64,000 bases of DNA, taken from NCBI GenBank assembly GCA_905234555.1, contig CAJOHO010000012.1, forward strand, positions 12,123-76,122. The letters run 5' to 3'. A program made the translations under genes and the position numbers. Below the pieces are notes generated by a model, which worked only from the letters and a program-made list of their open reading frames with translations, made no database searches and was not told where the DNA came from. Position 1 is the first letter of the stretch, and every line of letters begins with the position of its first letter. Of this stretch, positions 9,172 to 19,268 are shown in pieces. Origin of the DNA: an uncultured Bacteroidaceae bacterium. Lineage in GTDB: Bacteria > Bacteroidota > Bacteroidia > Bacteroidales > Bacteroidaceae.

Positions 9172-10641
9172 TTATTTTTCCACTACGACAGGCTTGTACT
9201 TCGGTACGAGGGACTTCATCACCATCCAGCCGATGAGGTAAGCAACGGCGCAAACACAGAAGATGATGAAATAGCCTGCAGGTTTGCCTTCGAAGCCGAG
9301 GAAGTGCATATTGGTTTCGCCTGCATAGACGAAAAGGTCACCAGCCACCCACTGCAGAATCATGGAACCCACACCACCTGCCATACCACCGATACCTGTG
9401 ATGGTAGCTACAGCAGACTTGGGGAACATATCGCTGACAGTAGAGAAGATGTTAGCAGACCAGCTCTGGTGGGCAGCTCCGCCAATACCGATGAGAATCA
9501 CAGGGAACCAGGGAGAAATCGTACCCAGCGGCTGAGCCAACAGAACTACAAGTGGGAAGAAAGCAAAGATAAGCATAGCTTGCATACGGGCTGCGTATGG
9601 ATTCTTACCTGTCTTGTTAATGATAATGGTAGGCAGTTTTCCACCATAGATCGAAAGCATCGTCACGAGGTAGAGCGAAAAGATAAGAATCATACCCAGT
9701 GGGTCGGTGGTCTTAATGCCAAACTGCGTATTGAGGTACGAAGGTGTCCAAAAGAGGAAGAACCACCAAACACCATCCGTCATGAACTTTCCAAAGGCAA
9801 AAGCCCAAGTCTGCTTGAATTGGAAGCACTCCAGGAAGGAGAGTTTTGGTCCTTCATCGTCCACTTCAGAATCTTTCTTTACGTTGGTGAGGTCTTCCTG
9901 ATCCTGCTCGATATAAACCAACTCAGCCTGATTCACATGCTTGCTCTTTGCTGGTGGCGTATAGAGGAAAATCCAGAGACCTGCCCAGATGAAGCCAAGT
10001 AAACCGATGACGATGAATGCCATTTCCCAGCCATTTCCGATACCCTTATCCTGGAAGAATTTCGCCAATGGCGGAATCGACACAGGGGCAATCAATGCAC
10101 CGATGGAAGCACCGGAGTTGAAGATAGAAGTGGCAAACGCACGGTCACGCTTGGGGAAGTATTCAGCTGTCACCTTGATGGCTGCAGGGAAGTTACCCGC
10201 TTCACCCAGTGCTAAGACACAGCGAGCAAAGAGGAATGCATACATGGACACCGTCGCTATGACCACAGCCGCATCACCGGTGGCTTTCACCAGTTCAGCT
10301 TTTCCTTCCAGTCCCAGCCAGCTTTCCGTAAACATACCGCAGAAAGCATGGAGACAGGCACCAAGACTCCATACCACAATTGCCCAGATGTATCCTTTCT
10401 TGGTTCCCATCCAGTCAATGAATCGTCCTGCAAAGAGCATACAAATTGCATAGACAATGGAGAAGATGGACGTAATTTTGCCATAGTGCGACTCATCCCA
10501 GTGGAATTCCGGCTTGATAAACTCGTCCCATGTCAATGAGAGCACCTGACGGTCCAAATAGTTCACTGTTGTTGCAAAGAACAACATTGCACAAATCACC
10601 CAGCGGTAATTTGTCATTTTAGCGGTTTTTAATGAGCTCAT
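9172..10641 (-). CDS. MFS transporter (ACS/ExuT-like anion:cation symporter family)
   Basis: It has 12 TM helices and an N-terminus RWVICAMLFFATTVNYLDRQVLS typical of hexuronate/ACS-type MFS transporters. It lies only 29 bp upstream of oadG. Confidence 0.75.
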   Translation of the reverse strand: MSSLKTAKMTNYRWVICAMLFFATTVNYLDRQVLSLTWDEFIKPEFHWDESHYGKITSIFSIVYAICMLFAGRFIDWMGTKKGYIWAIVVWSLGACLHAFCGMFTESWLGLEGKAELVKATGDAAVVIATVSMYAFLFARCVLALGEAGNFPAAIKVTAEYFPKRDRAFATSIFNSGASIGALIAPVSIPPLAKFFQDKGIGNGWEMAFIVIGLLGFIWAGLWIFLYTPPAKSKHVNQAELVYIEQDQEDLTNVKKDSEVDDEGPKLSFLECFQFKQTWAFAFGKFMTDGVWWFFLFWTPSYLNTQFGIKTTDPLGMILIFSLYLVTMLSIYGGKLPTIIINKTGKNPYAARMQAMLIFAFFPLVVLLAQPLGTISPWFPVILIGIGGAAHQSWSANIFSTVSDMFPKSAVATITGIGGMAGGVGSMILQWVAGDLFVYAGETNMHFLGFEGKPAGYFIIFCVCAVAYLIGWMVMKSLVPKYKPVVVEK

Positions 10642-10711
10642 AAGTGATAAATTCTATATAGATTTTTCTTTTCTACCTAACAAATTGTAGCCATTAAGCC
10701 TAAAAACGCTG

Positions 10712-10719
10712 CAAAGTTA
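10712..10719 (-). promoter_or_regulatory. Bacteroidetes -7 box TAACTTTG (MFS-oadGAB operon)
   Basis: This is a perfect TAnnTTTG on the minus strand, about 70 nt upstream of ATG 10641. Confidence 0.55.
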
Positions 10720-10737
10720 GCAAAAATAATTGGTATT

Positions 10738-11169
10738 TCAGCACTTTTCGCTGTTTTTTAACAATGTAAGGAACTTTTCTCGCGAAAAATTGACCTCAAC
10801 ACCACATCCGTTGCCATCAAAACCCGTGATAGGCGGTTTTTCCTTCATCAATCGCAAGGAGATGGCAGCAGCCTGATTGAAACGGGTGAAAATGGCTTTC
10901 ACAATCCGTCCTGCCACATGCTCCAGCAGACGAGAAGGAACCTGCATCTCTGCCTTCACCACCTTATAAACATCTGCATAGTTCAGGATGCGGGTAATGT
11001 CGTCGTTGAGCATCGGCTGGGTGAAATCCATATCAATGGTGATGTCGAGCGTATAAAACGCTCCCACGGTGCGCTCCTGCTGAAGCACACCGTGGTAGGC
11101 ATAAAACCGTAGTGAAGAAAGGATAATCCGCATGGGACTTTCCGTTCCCTGTTTCTCTTGATGATTCAT
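10738..11169 (-). CDS. folB: dihydroneopterin aldolase
   Basis: The FolB-like core is LRFYAYHGVLQQERTVGAFYTLDI. I chose ATG 11169, which lies after the nrdJ stop. ATG 11133 is an alternative start. Confidence 0.7.
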   Translation of the reverse strand: MNHQEKQGTESPMRIILSSLRFYAYHGVLQQERTVGAFYTLDITIDMDFTQPMLNDDITRILNYADVYKVVKAEMQVPSRLLEHVAGRIVKAIFTRFNQAAAISLRLMKEKPPITGFDGNGCGVEVNFSREKFLTLLKNSEKC

Positions 11170-11189
11170 ATTTTGACTCCTTTCATCGA

Positions 11190-13733
11190 TTAACCGCACT
11201 TCGAAGTTCCGCAATGCTTACAGATGAGGCAACCCTCCTGATAGACAAGGGATTCATGTCCGCAAACAGGACAAATCTGCCCTTTGGCTTCGGTGCCGTC
11301 CTGCACGTACTTCTTCAGGGCACGTTCCACTCCGTTCTTCCAGGTGTTGATGCTTTCGCTCTCTAATTGCAGCGAACTGACAAGTTTCAGCACATTGGTC
11401 AGCGGCATGCGGTAGCGAAGCACACCAGAGATGAGCTTGGCATAGTTCCAGTATTCCTTGTTGAACTTCTCGCTCAGACCTTCGATGGTGGTCTTGTAAC
11501 CACGACGATTCACAAACTGGAAATCATAGCGTTTCACACCGTTCTCATCGATATTCTTGATGATGTGACCCTTCAACACCGTCTTGGGCAGGGCAATACC
11601 GTCATCGTCGTCAAGCACACCTGTGAAAATCTCGTAAGGATAACCATCGAGCAGACCTACGAATGCCACCCATCTCTCTTTGTTGTTCTGGAAACGCACC
11701 ACATCGCACTCCAGACTTTTGGGACGAACCTCTGTCACAATGGGAGGCGGGCAGTTGCAGTTTCCTTCTTTCTTAGTTTCCTTCTTCGTGCTAACCAGCA
11801 CACCTGCACGTGAGCCGTCGCGATAGACCGTGCAACCTTTGCAGCCAGACTTCCAAGCTTCCACATACAGCTCATTCACAAGGTCTTCCGTCACGCTGTT
11901 GGGCAGGTTGATGGTCACGGAGATGGAGTGATCCACCCACTTCTGAATGGCTCCCTGCATCTTCACCTTTTCTTTCCAATCCACATCGTTGGCAGTCGCT
12001 TTATAATAAGGTGACTTCCGAACCAGTTCGTCAATCTCTTCCTGCGTGTAGCGTTTTGTTGTATCAAGGCCGTTTACCTTCATCCATGTGAGGAATTTGG
12101 GATGATAAACGATGTATTCTTCAAAGGAATCGCCCGTTTCATCGACAAAATCCACATGTACGTTCGTGTCATTGGGATTTACCTTGCGACGACGCTTATA
12201 GACAGGCATAAAGACAGGCTCTATACCGCTGGTGGTCTGGGTCATCAGGCTGGTGGTTCCTGTAGGAGCGATGGTGAGACAGGCAATGTTGCGGCGACCC
12301 ACCTTCGTCATCTTCTCATAAAGCTGGGGAGCCACACTCTTGATGCGGTTGACGAACGGATTATCCTTCTCACGTTCAGCATCATAGATATCGAAAGCTC
12401 CACGTTCTTCTGCCATCTGGACAGAGGCACGGTAAGCCTCCACCGCAATATTCTTATGGATTTCTGTAGAGAAATAGGTGGCTTCCGGTGTTCCGTAAGT
12501 CAGACCCATTGCTGCAATCATATCGCCTTCGGCTGTGATGCCCACACCTGTACGGCGTCCACGGCTGCTCTTATCTTTTATCTTCATCCAAAGGTGACGC
12601 TCTGCGCCCTTCACTTCCTCACTCTGCGGATCACTATCAATCTTTGCCAGAATCAAATCAATTTTCTCCAGTTCCAGATCAATAATGTCATCCATAATGC
12701 GCTGAGCCTTACTTACATGCTGGCGGAAAAGATCGTAGTTAAACTTCGCCTTGCTCGTAAAAGGCTGATCCACATAACTGTACAGGTTAATCGCCAACAG
12801 ACGACACGAATCGTAAGGACAGAGAGGGATTTCACCGCAAGGATTGGTAGAGATGGTCTTATAACCTAAGTCGGCATAGCAATCGGGAACAGACTCACGG
12901 ATGATGGTGTCCCAGAAAAGCACTCCAGGTTCTGCTGACTTCCAGGCATTATGAACGATTTTCTTCCACAGCTGACTGGCATCAATCTCCTTTTTTACAA
13001 TCGGATTGTCGCTGTCAATAGGGAATTTCTGTTCGTATGGTTTGCCCTCAACGGCAGCCTTCATGAAGGCATCATCCAGACGTACAGACACATTCGCACC
13101 AGTCACCTTTCCTTCTTCCATTTTCGCATCAATAAAAGCCTCAGAGTCAGGGTGCTTAATACTGACTGATAACATCAATGCTCCACGTCGTCCGTCCTGT
13201 GCCACTTCACGTGTAGAATTGCTGTAACGCTCCATGAATGGAACCAGTCCTGTAGAGGTGAGAGCAGAGTTCTTCACAGGTGTTCCCTTCGGACGGATAT
13301 GCGAGAGGTCGTGGCCTACCCCACCCCTTCGTTTCATCAGCTGCACCTGCTCTTCGTCGATGCGGATGATGGCACCGTAGGAGTCAGCATCTCCGTCCAG
13401 ACCCACCACAAAGCAGTTGCTGAGTGAAGCTACCTGGAAGTTGTTGCCGATACCCGTCATCGGACTGCCGGCAGGTACGATGTAGCGGAAATGGTCGAGC
13501 AGGTCGAATATCTGCTGCGCTGTCATCGGATTGGGATACTTCTTTTCGATACGGGCAATTTCGTTGGCAATACGCCAGTGCATGTCTGCAGGCGACTGTT
13601 CGTAAATGTTGCCGAAACTGTCCTTCATGGCATACTTGTTCACCCAGACACGGGCAGCCAATTCATCGCCGTCAAAATACTTTAAAGAGGCTTCGTAAGC
13701 CTCCGTGTAAGTGTATGTTCGTTTTGTTTCCAT
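11190..13733 (-). CDS. nrdJ: adenosylcobalamin-dependent (class II) ribonucleotide reductase
   Basis: It has the active-site motif TNPCGEIPL, an N-terminus ELAARVWVNKYAMKD and a C-terminal Cys-rich zinc-ribbon-like tail. The start is ATG 13733 (METKRTY). Confidence 0.85.
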   Translation of the reverse strand: METKRTYTYTEAYEASLKYFDGDELAARVWVNKYAMKDSFGNIYEQSPADMHWRIANEIARIEKKYPNPMTAQQIFDLLDHFRYIVPAGSPMTGIGNNFQVASLSNCFVVGLDGDADSYGAIIRIDEEQVQLMKRRGGVGHDLSHIRPKGTPVKNSALTSTGLVPFMERYSNSTREVAQDGRRGALMLSVSIKHPDSEAFIDAKMEEGKVTGANVSVRLDDAFMKAAVEGKPYEQKFPIDSDNPIVKKEIDASQLWKKIVHNAWKSAEPGVLFWDTIIRESVPDCYADLGYKTISTNPCGEIPLCPYDSCRLLAINLYSYVDQPFTSKAKFNYDLFRQHVSKAQRIMDDIIDLELEKIDLILAKIDSDPQSEEVKGAERHLWMKIKDKSSRGRRTGVGITAEGDMIAAMGLTYGTPEATYFSTEIHKNIAVEAYRASVQMAEERGAFDIYDAEREKDNPFVNRIKSVAPQLYEKMTKVGRRNIACLTIAPTGTTSLMTQTTSGIEPVFMPVYKRRRKVNPNDTNVHVDFVDETGDSFEEYIVYHPKFLTWMKVNGLDTTKRYTQEEIDELVRKSPYYKATANDVDWKEKVKMQGAIQKWVDHSISVTINLPNSVTEDLVNELYVEAWKSGCKGCTVYRDGSRAGVLVSTKKETKKEGNCNCPPPIVTEVRPKSLECDVVRFQNNKERWVAFVGLLDGYPYEIFTGVLDDDDGIALPKTVLKGHIIKNIDENGVKRYDFQFVNRRGYKTTIEGLSEKFNKEYWNYAKLISGVLRYRMPLTNVLKLVSSLQLESESINTWKNGVERALKKYVQDGTEAKGQICPVCGHESLVYQEGCLICKHCGTSKCG

Positions 13734-13811
13734 TAATTTATAAGGTGTTTTAGAATCTCTCTTTCCTTTTGACGTTTTCAACCAAAAAACATCAAAAACG
13801 CAAATCGGTTG

Positions 13812-13819
13812 CAAAGTTA
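13812..13819 (-). promoter_or_regulatory. -7 box TAACTTTG, proximal (nrdJ)
   Basis: This is a perfect TAnnTTTG about 80 nt upstream of ATG 13733. Confidence 0.5.
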
Positions 13820-13922
13820 CAAGTCTATTTCCAATTATCAAAATTTTTCCACATGAAATTATCAACAATTTAAAAAGTTTTCCGATTTGTTTTAATAACA
13901 TCTTGATTTCCTGATACATAAC

Positions 13923-13930
13923 CAAAGTTA
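13923..13930 (-). promoter_or_regulatory. -7 box TAACTTTG, distal (nrdJ)
   Basis: A second perfect copy lies 111 bp further upstream. Confidence 0.4.
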
Positions 13931-14054
13931 CTACATCCAAAAGTTTTCCAAAATATATTTTCGTTTCTCATTATCAGTCCATTATCTTTCCCCAAAATGA
14001 GCATCAGGAAAAACTACTCACAAAAAAAATCAATCTACCACTTGTTTATATCAT

Positions 14055-14062
14055 TTTTTTGG
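14055..14062 (+). promoter_or_regulatory. -7 box TAACTTTG (peptidase gene)
   Basis: This is a perfect TAnnTTTG, followed by a CA-rich leader of about 100 nt before ATG 14170. Confidence 0.5.
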
Positions 14063-14169
14063 CGTAACTTTGCATGAAATTTGCGTAGAGTAAAACTCTA
14101 CCTCTTCAAAAACAGCCCAAAACAACTCAACAAAACAACTGAAACAACCATCGTCAAAAGAACAACGAC

Positions 14170-15546
14170 ATGACCAAGAAACTTACGATATGCCTCAGGA
14201 TACTGCTGTTAACCATTCTGCTGACAGTCACCGCCTCCGTCAAGGCCCAAGACAACGATCTCTACCTCACTGGCGACACCACCGTCTTCATGCGTCAGCT
14301 GATTGCTGTACCTGGGGTGAGCAACGTACAACGGATTCAATCCAATCATTATACGGAGAAATATGTGCTGCTGATGGAGCAGAACGTAGATGGCGACGAC
14401 AGCAGTCACGGCACCTTCAACCAGCGTGTGGTGGTAGGTCTGAAAGGTCTCGACCGCCCCACCGTGCTTGTCACAGAAGGCTATGATGCCGACTATTCCC
14501 TCTACCCCTTCTACGAGGAAGAACTCGCTAAGTTGTTCAACGCCAACCTGATCGTGTGCCAATACCGCTACTTCGGCGAGTCCGCTCCTACCACACCGGA
14601 TGGCGAATCCACCGACAAGCAAGGTCAGGACTACTGGCAGTACATGACTGTCGATAACTCCCTTCGCGACTACCACCACGTGCGACAGGCATTGGGCAGC
14701 ATATTCTCTGGCAAATGGATCAGCACAGGTATCAGCAAAGGCGGACAGACCACAATGTTCTATCGTGCCACCTATCCCAACGATATGGACGTGAGTGTCA
14801 GCTATGTAGCTCCGCTGAACCGAGCCGTGGAGGACGGACGCCACGAGAAGTTCCTGGCAAAAAAGGTAGGAACAAAGGAAGAACGTGAAGTGGTAGCTGC
14901 AGCACAGCAGGAGTTGATGAATCGCAAGGACAGTCTGATGGAAAAATATGAAGACTGGTGTGAACGTCAGGAACTCCACTTCAACATTTCTATGTCGGAC
15001 GTTTACGACTTCTGCGTGATGGAATATCCCTTCGCCCTGTGGCAATGGGGAACGCCGACATCTTCCATCCCTGCACACGATGCCGACAACGAAACGTGGT
15101 TCAAGCATTTCACAACGGTTTCCAGTCCCGACTACTTCGAATGTCCAAGCAGTTATGTGCCGTTCTTCGTACAGGCAGCACACGAACTCGGTTACTACGG
15201 CTACTCCAACAAAGGGCTTAAAAAGCAGATGAGTGCCAAGAAAACCAAGAACTACCTCTACAGCGTGATGCTGCCCGAACAGCTGCGTGGCATCAAGTTC
15301 GACAAAACTCTCTACAAACGAACGGTGAAGTATCTGAAGGAGAACGACCCCAAGCACATCTTCATCTATGGAGAGATAGACCCGTGGACATCAAGCGGAG
15401 TAGCCGACTGGCTCGACTGCTCCAAGAAGCAGAACATGCGTGTGTTTGTGCAACCACGAGGCAGTCATAAAGCCCGAATTGGTAATATGCCAGACGACAT
15501 GAAGGCAGAGATTATGTCATTACTGACAAAATGGCTCAGCGAATAA
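14170..15546 (+). CDS. secreted alpha/beta-hydrolase-fold serine peptidase (S28/S37-like)
   Basis: It has a signal peptide ending VKAQ and a nucleophile elbow GISKGG. The family assignment is from memory only. Confidence 0.55.
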   Translation: MTKKLTICLRILLLTILLTVTASVKAQDNDLYLTGDTTVFMRQLIAVPGVSNVQRIQSNHYTEKYVLLMEQNVDGDDSSHGTFNQRVVVGLKGLDRPTVLVTEGYDADYSLYPFYEEELAKLFNANLIVCQYRYFGESAPTTPDGESTDKQGQDYWQYMTVDNSLRDYHHVRQALGSIFSGKWISTGISKGGQTTMFYRATYPNDMDVSVSYVAPLNRAVEDGRHEKFLAKKVGTKEEREVVAAAQQELMNRKDSLMEKYEDWCERQELHFNISMSDVYDFCVMEYPFALWQWGTPTSSIPAHDADNETWFKHFTTVSSPDYFECPSSYVPFFVQAAHELGYYGYSNKGLKKQMSAKKTKNYLYSVMLPEQLRGIKFDKTLYKRTVKYLKENDPKHIFIYGEIDPWTSSGVADWLDCSKKQNMRVFVQPRGSHKARIGNMPDDMKAEIMSLLTKWLSE

Positions 15547-15616
15547 CGGCTTTGGCATAATCTTTGCATAACGCTGAATTCATAATGCATCATTTTTAGA
15601 AGAAACAGAAAAGCGA

Positions 15617-18136
15617 ATGAACAACAACTATTCACAGAAAGTTACACAGATACTGCAGTACAGCAAGGAAGAGGCACTTCGTCTGAACAACGACTACATC
15701 GGCCCCGAACATATTCTTCTTGGGATTATTCGCGACGGAGAAGGACGTGCCGTTGATATCCTCCAACGCAAGTGCAACCTGAATCTTGCTGACTTAAAAC
15801 AACTCATTGAAAGCAAGGTGCGCAGCAAGTCCGATATGGTCTATGCTGCTAAGGACGTCACCCTTAACGACAAGTCGTCGGGAGTGATGCGTCTCTGCAT
15901 CCTCGAATCCCGTCTGATGCATTGCAAGACAGCCGACGTGGAACATCTGCTTCTCGCCATTATGAAACAGAAAGACAACCTGCCCGCCCGTATGCTGGAG
16001 GACAAAAACGTCAACTACGACCAACTGTTCAAGTATTTCTCAAAACCGGTTCCTGCACCCAAGAACGACGTAGATTTAGAAGACGAGGACGAAGACGACC
16101 TTCCTCCCTCCAGTCGTAATGTGAACGGCGGCATCAGTACAGAAACACGTACTGAGAAGAAGACAACCAAAGGTACCGACACACCCGCCATCGACGCTTT
16201 CGGTTTCGACCTCACACGGGCAGCCCGTGACGGTATGCTCGATCCTGTGGTAGGACGAGAACGAGAAATAGAGCGTGTAGCCCAGATCCTGAGCCGCCGA
16301 AAGAAGAACAACCCTGTTCTCATCGGCGATCCTGGTGTGGGCAAAAGCGCCATTGTGGAAGGATTGGCACAGCGAATCAACGAACGCAAGGTGTCACGTA
16401 CCCTCTTCAACAAACGCCTCATCTCGCTTGACATGACCAGCGTTGTGGCAGGCACGAAATATCGCGGACAGTTTGAGGAACGCATGAAGACCATCATCGC
16501 CGAACTCAAGGCTAACCCCGACATCATCGTCTTTATCGACGAAATCCACACCCTCGTGGGAGCTGGCAACCAAGCTGGACAGATGGATGCTGCCAACATG
16601 ATGAAACCGGCATTGGCTCGCGGAGAGTTGCAATGCATCGGTGCCACCACGATGGACGAATATCGCAAGAGTATCGAGAAGGACGGAGCTTTGGAACGTC
16701 GCTTCCAGAAAATCGTGGTGGAACCCACCACAAGGGAAGAGACGCTGGAAATCCTTCACAACATCAAGGATCGCTACGAAGAGCATCACAACGTGAACTT
16801 CACGGAAGATGCCTTACAGGCATGTGTCAACTTAACCGAACGCTACGTCACCGACCGCAGTTTCCCCGATAAGGCTATCGATGCCATGGACGAAGCTGGT
16901 GCACGAGTACATATCAGTAATGTGAGTGTGCCGAAGGAGCTGGAAGAACTGGAAGAAGAAATAGCTGCAGCTAATGCCGACAAGGACAAAGCCGTCAAGA
17001 GCCAGAACTTCGAGTTAGCTGCCCAGTACCGAGACCGTGTGAAGCAGTTGGAAGCACAGTTACAGTCCAAACGAACAGCTTGGGAAGCTACTCTGGTGGA
17101 CAATCGTGAGACTGTGGATAAGGAAAAGGTGGAGGAGACCGTCTCGATGATGACAGGTATCCCCGTCCAGCGTATGGCTTCAGCCGAAGGAGTCCGCATG
17201 AAAGGGATGCGTGAGGAACTGAAGGCCAAAGTCATCGCTCAGGAAGACGCTATCGACAAACTCGTCTCGTCCATCCAGCGTAGCCGTGTAGGTCTGAACG
17301 ACCCCAACCGACCCATCGGCACCTTTATGTTCTTAGGTCCTACGGGTGTAGGTAAAACCTATCTGGCAAAGAAACTGGCAGAACACATGTTTGGAACACC
17401 CGAAGCCCTCATCCGTATCGATATGTCCGAATACATGGAGAAATTCACCGTCAGCCGACTGGTGGGAGCACCTCCAGGATATGTGGGTTACGAAGAAGGG
17501 GGAATGCTGACGGAGCGTGTACGCCGCAAGCCCTACTCCATCGTTCTGCTCGACGAAATCGAAAAAGCCCATCCCGACGTGTTTAACATCCTGCTTCAGG
17601 TGATGGACGACGGACGACTGACCGACAGCAACGGACGCACCGTCGATTTCCGCAACACCGTCATCATCATGACGTCAAACGCAGGAACTCGTCAGCTGAA
17701 GGAATTTGGACGAGGGGTTGGTTTCGCTGCCATGCAGGGTGTTGGCGACAAGGAAATGTCTCGTTCTGTGGTCAGGAAAGCACTCGAGAAGCAGTTCTCA
17801 CCTGAGTTCCTCAACCGCATCGACGAAATCATCACCTTCGACCAGCTCGAACTCGATGCCATCCTAAAGATTATCGACATCGAACTGCGTACACTCTACC
17901 AGCGGATGGAGACCTTGGGCTACCACCTGCAACTGAACGACGACGCCAAGGAGTTCATAGCCAACAAAGGCTACGACAAGCAGTTTGGTGCACGTCCCCT
18001 TCGTCGAGCCATTCAGACCCATCTGGAGGACGGTATCAGCGAACTCATCGTCGAAGAACGCTTACAGGAAGGCAACACCATCGTTGCCAAACTGAACGAA
18101 GCCAAGGACAAGGTGGTGTTTGAGGTGAATTCGTAA
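15617..18136 (+). CDS. clpC: Clp protease ATP-binding subunit ClpC
   Basis: It has Clp_N repeats, two AAA+ modules (GDPGVGKS and GPTGVGKT) and a UVR-like motif ([18 protein letters not shown]). Confidence 0.9.
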   Translation: MNNNYSQKVTQILQYSKEEALRLNNDYIGPEHILLGIIRDGEGRAVDILQRKCNLNLADLKQLIESKVRSKSDMVYAAKDVTLNDKSSGVMRLCILESRLMHCKTADVEHLLLAIMKQKDNLPARMLEDKNVNYDQLFKYFSKPVPAPKNDVDLEDEDEDDLPPSSRNVNGGISTETRTEKKTTKGTDTPAIDAFGFDLTRAARDGMLDPVVGREREIERVAQILSRRKKNNPVLIGDPGVGKSAIVEGLAQRINERKVSRTLFNKRLISLDMTSVVAGTKYRGQFEERMKTIIAELKANPDIIVFIDEIHTLVGAGNQAGQMDAANMMKPALARGELQCIGATTMDEYRKSIEKDGALERRFQKIVVEPTTREETLEILHNIKDRYEEHHNVNFTEDALQACVNLTERYVTDRSFPDKAIDAMDEAGARVHISNVSVPKELEELEEEIAAANADKDKAVKSQNFELAAQYRDRVKQLEAQLQSKRTAWEATLVDNRETVDKEKVEETVSMMTGIPVQRMASAEGVRMKGMREELKAKVIAQEDAIDKLVSSIQRSRVGLNDPNRPIGTFMFLGPTGVGKTYLAKKLAEHMFGTPEALIRIDMSEYMEKFTVSRLVGAPPGYVGYEEGGMLTERVRRKPYSIVLLDEIEKAHPDVFNILLQVMDDGRLTDSNGRTVDFRNTVIIMTSNAGTRQLKEFGRGVGFAAMQGVGDKEMSRSVVRKALEKQFSPEFLNRIDEIITFDQLELDAILKIIDIELRTLYQRMETLGYHLQLNDDAKEFIANKGYDKQFGARPLRRAIQTHLEDGISELIVEERLQEGNTIVAKLNEAKDKVVFEVNS

Positions 18137-18167
18137 TGCATAATTCGTAATGCATAATGCATAATTG
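18128..18167. repeat. word array AATTCGTAATGCAT x2 plus AATGCATAATT (spans the clpC stop and the mltG start)
   Basis: The array was read directly from the sequence. Confidence 0.85.
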
Positions 18168-19205
18168 ATGATGACAAAGAAAAACAAGAAGATACTCATT
18201 ATATCTGTCTGCGCAGTAATAGCTGTGGTGGCCGCTGGTGCCATCACAGCTAAACTTCTTTTCGGCAATATCCTCAAAAACGAACAGGCGGTTTATGTCT
18301 ATATCGACCAAGACGACGACATCGACTCCGTCTGTGCCAAGATCGACGAGGTGGCTCAGCCCTCCACACTCAAGGGTTTTCGAATGCTTGCCAGTTGGAA
18401 AGACTACGACCAGCATATCCGCACAGGACGCTATGAAATCAAGCCGGATATGTCAATCGTTGAGGTTTTCCGGATGTTGCGCAACCACCAGCAGGTACCT
18501 GTCAACCTCGTCGTTCCCAGCGTCCGTACACTCGATCAGCTCTCTGCTCGTCTGTCCGCAAAACTGATGATTGACTCCCTCACCATTGCCCAAAAACTCA
18601 GCGATGAAGCCAGCATCAAGGAATTGGGATTCACCCATGAGACTTTTCCTGCTCTGTTCATTCCCAACACCTACGAAGTGAACTGGGACATCAGCGCCGA
18701 CGAACTGCTCAAACGTATGGCGAGAGAATACAAAGCCTTCTGGACAGAGGAACGGCAGGCGAAAGCCAAAGCCCAGCAACTCAGCCAGACAGAAGTGGCG
18801 ACACTTGCCAGCATCATCGACTCAGAGACTGCTTACACGCCAGAAAAACCAACTGTAGCAGGTCTCTACCTCAACCGTCTGCGCACCAATATGCTACTGC
18901 AAAGCGACCCCACCGTCATCTTCGCCATCGGCGATTTCAGCATGCGACGGGTACTCAACTCCGACCTTCAGGTGGAATCTCCCTACAACACCTACAAATA
19001 CAAGGGACTACCACCAGGACCCATACGTATTCCCAGCGTGTCGGCACTCGACGCCGTGCTCAATCCTGTGGAACACGACTACATCTACATGTGTGCGAAA
19101 GAGGACTTCTCCGGTTCCCATAACTTCGCCACCACCTACAACGAACACTTAGCCAATGCCCGTCGCTACACCAAAGCACTCAACGAACGTGGCATCAAAC
19201 GCTAA
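18165..19205 (+). CDS. mltG: endolytic murein transglycosylase MltG (YceG-like)
   Basis: It has an N-terminal TM anchor and a YceG core (LASIIDSETAYTPEKPTVAGLYLNRL, GLPPGPI). Confidence 0.85.
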   Translation: MMMTKKNKKILIISVCAVIAVVAAGAITAKLLFGNILKNEQAVYVYIDQDDDIDSVCAKIDEVAQPSTLKGFRMLASWKDYDQHIRTGRYEIKPDMSIVEVFRMLRNHQQVPVNLVVPSVRTLDQLSARLSAKLMIDSLTIAQKLSDEASIKELGFTHETFPALFIPNTYEVNWDISADELLKRMAREYKAFWTEERQAKAKAQQLSQTEVATLASIIDSETAYTPEKPTVAGLYLNRLRTNMLLQSDPTVIFAIGDFSMRRVLNSDLQVESPYNTYKYKGLPPGPIRIPSVSALDAVLNPVEHDYIYMCAKEDFSGSHNFATTYNEHLANARRYTKALNERGIKR

Positions 19206-19207
19206 AT

Positions 19208-19263
19208 AATCCATAATTCCGTAAATCCGTAATTCCGTAAATCCGTAATTCCGTAAATCCGAA
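19208..19263. repeat. word array CCGTAAATCCGTAATT x3
   Basis: The 19-mer TCCGTAATTCCGTAAATCC occurs at 19226 and 19242. Its exact reverse complement occurs at 45792-45810. Confidence 0.9.
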
Positions 19264-19268
19264 ACCAG

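Noticed and set aside
13734-13811. A cobalamin riboswitch or NrdR operator upstream of nrdJ
   Set aside because: The leader is only about 80 nt and AT-rich, with no B12-box-like core or paired 16-bp palindromes. A B12-dependent RNR is also not the usual target of a B12 riboswitch.
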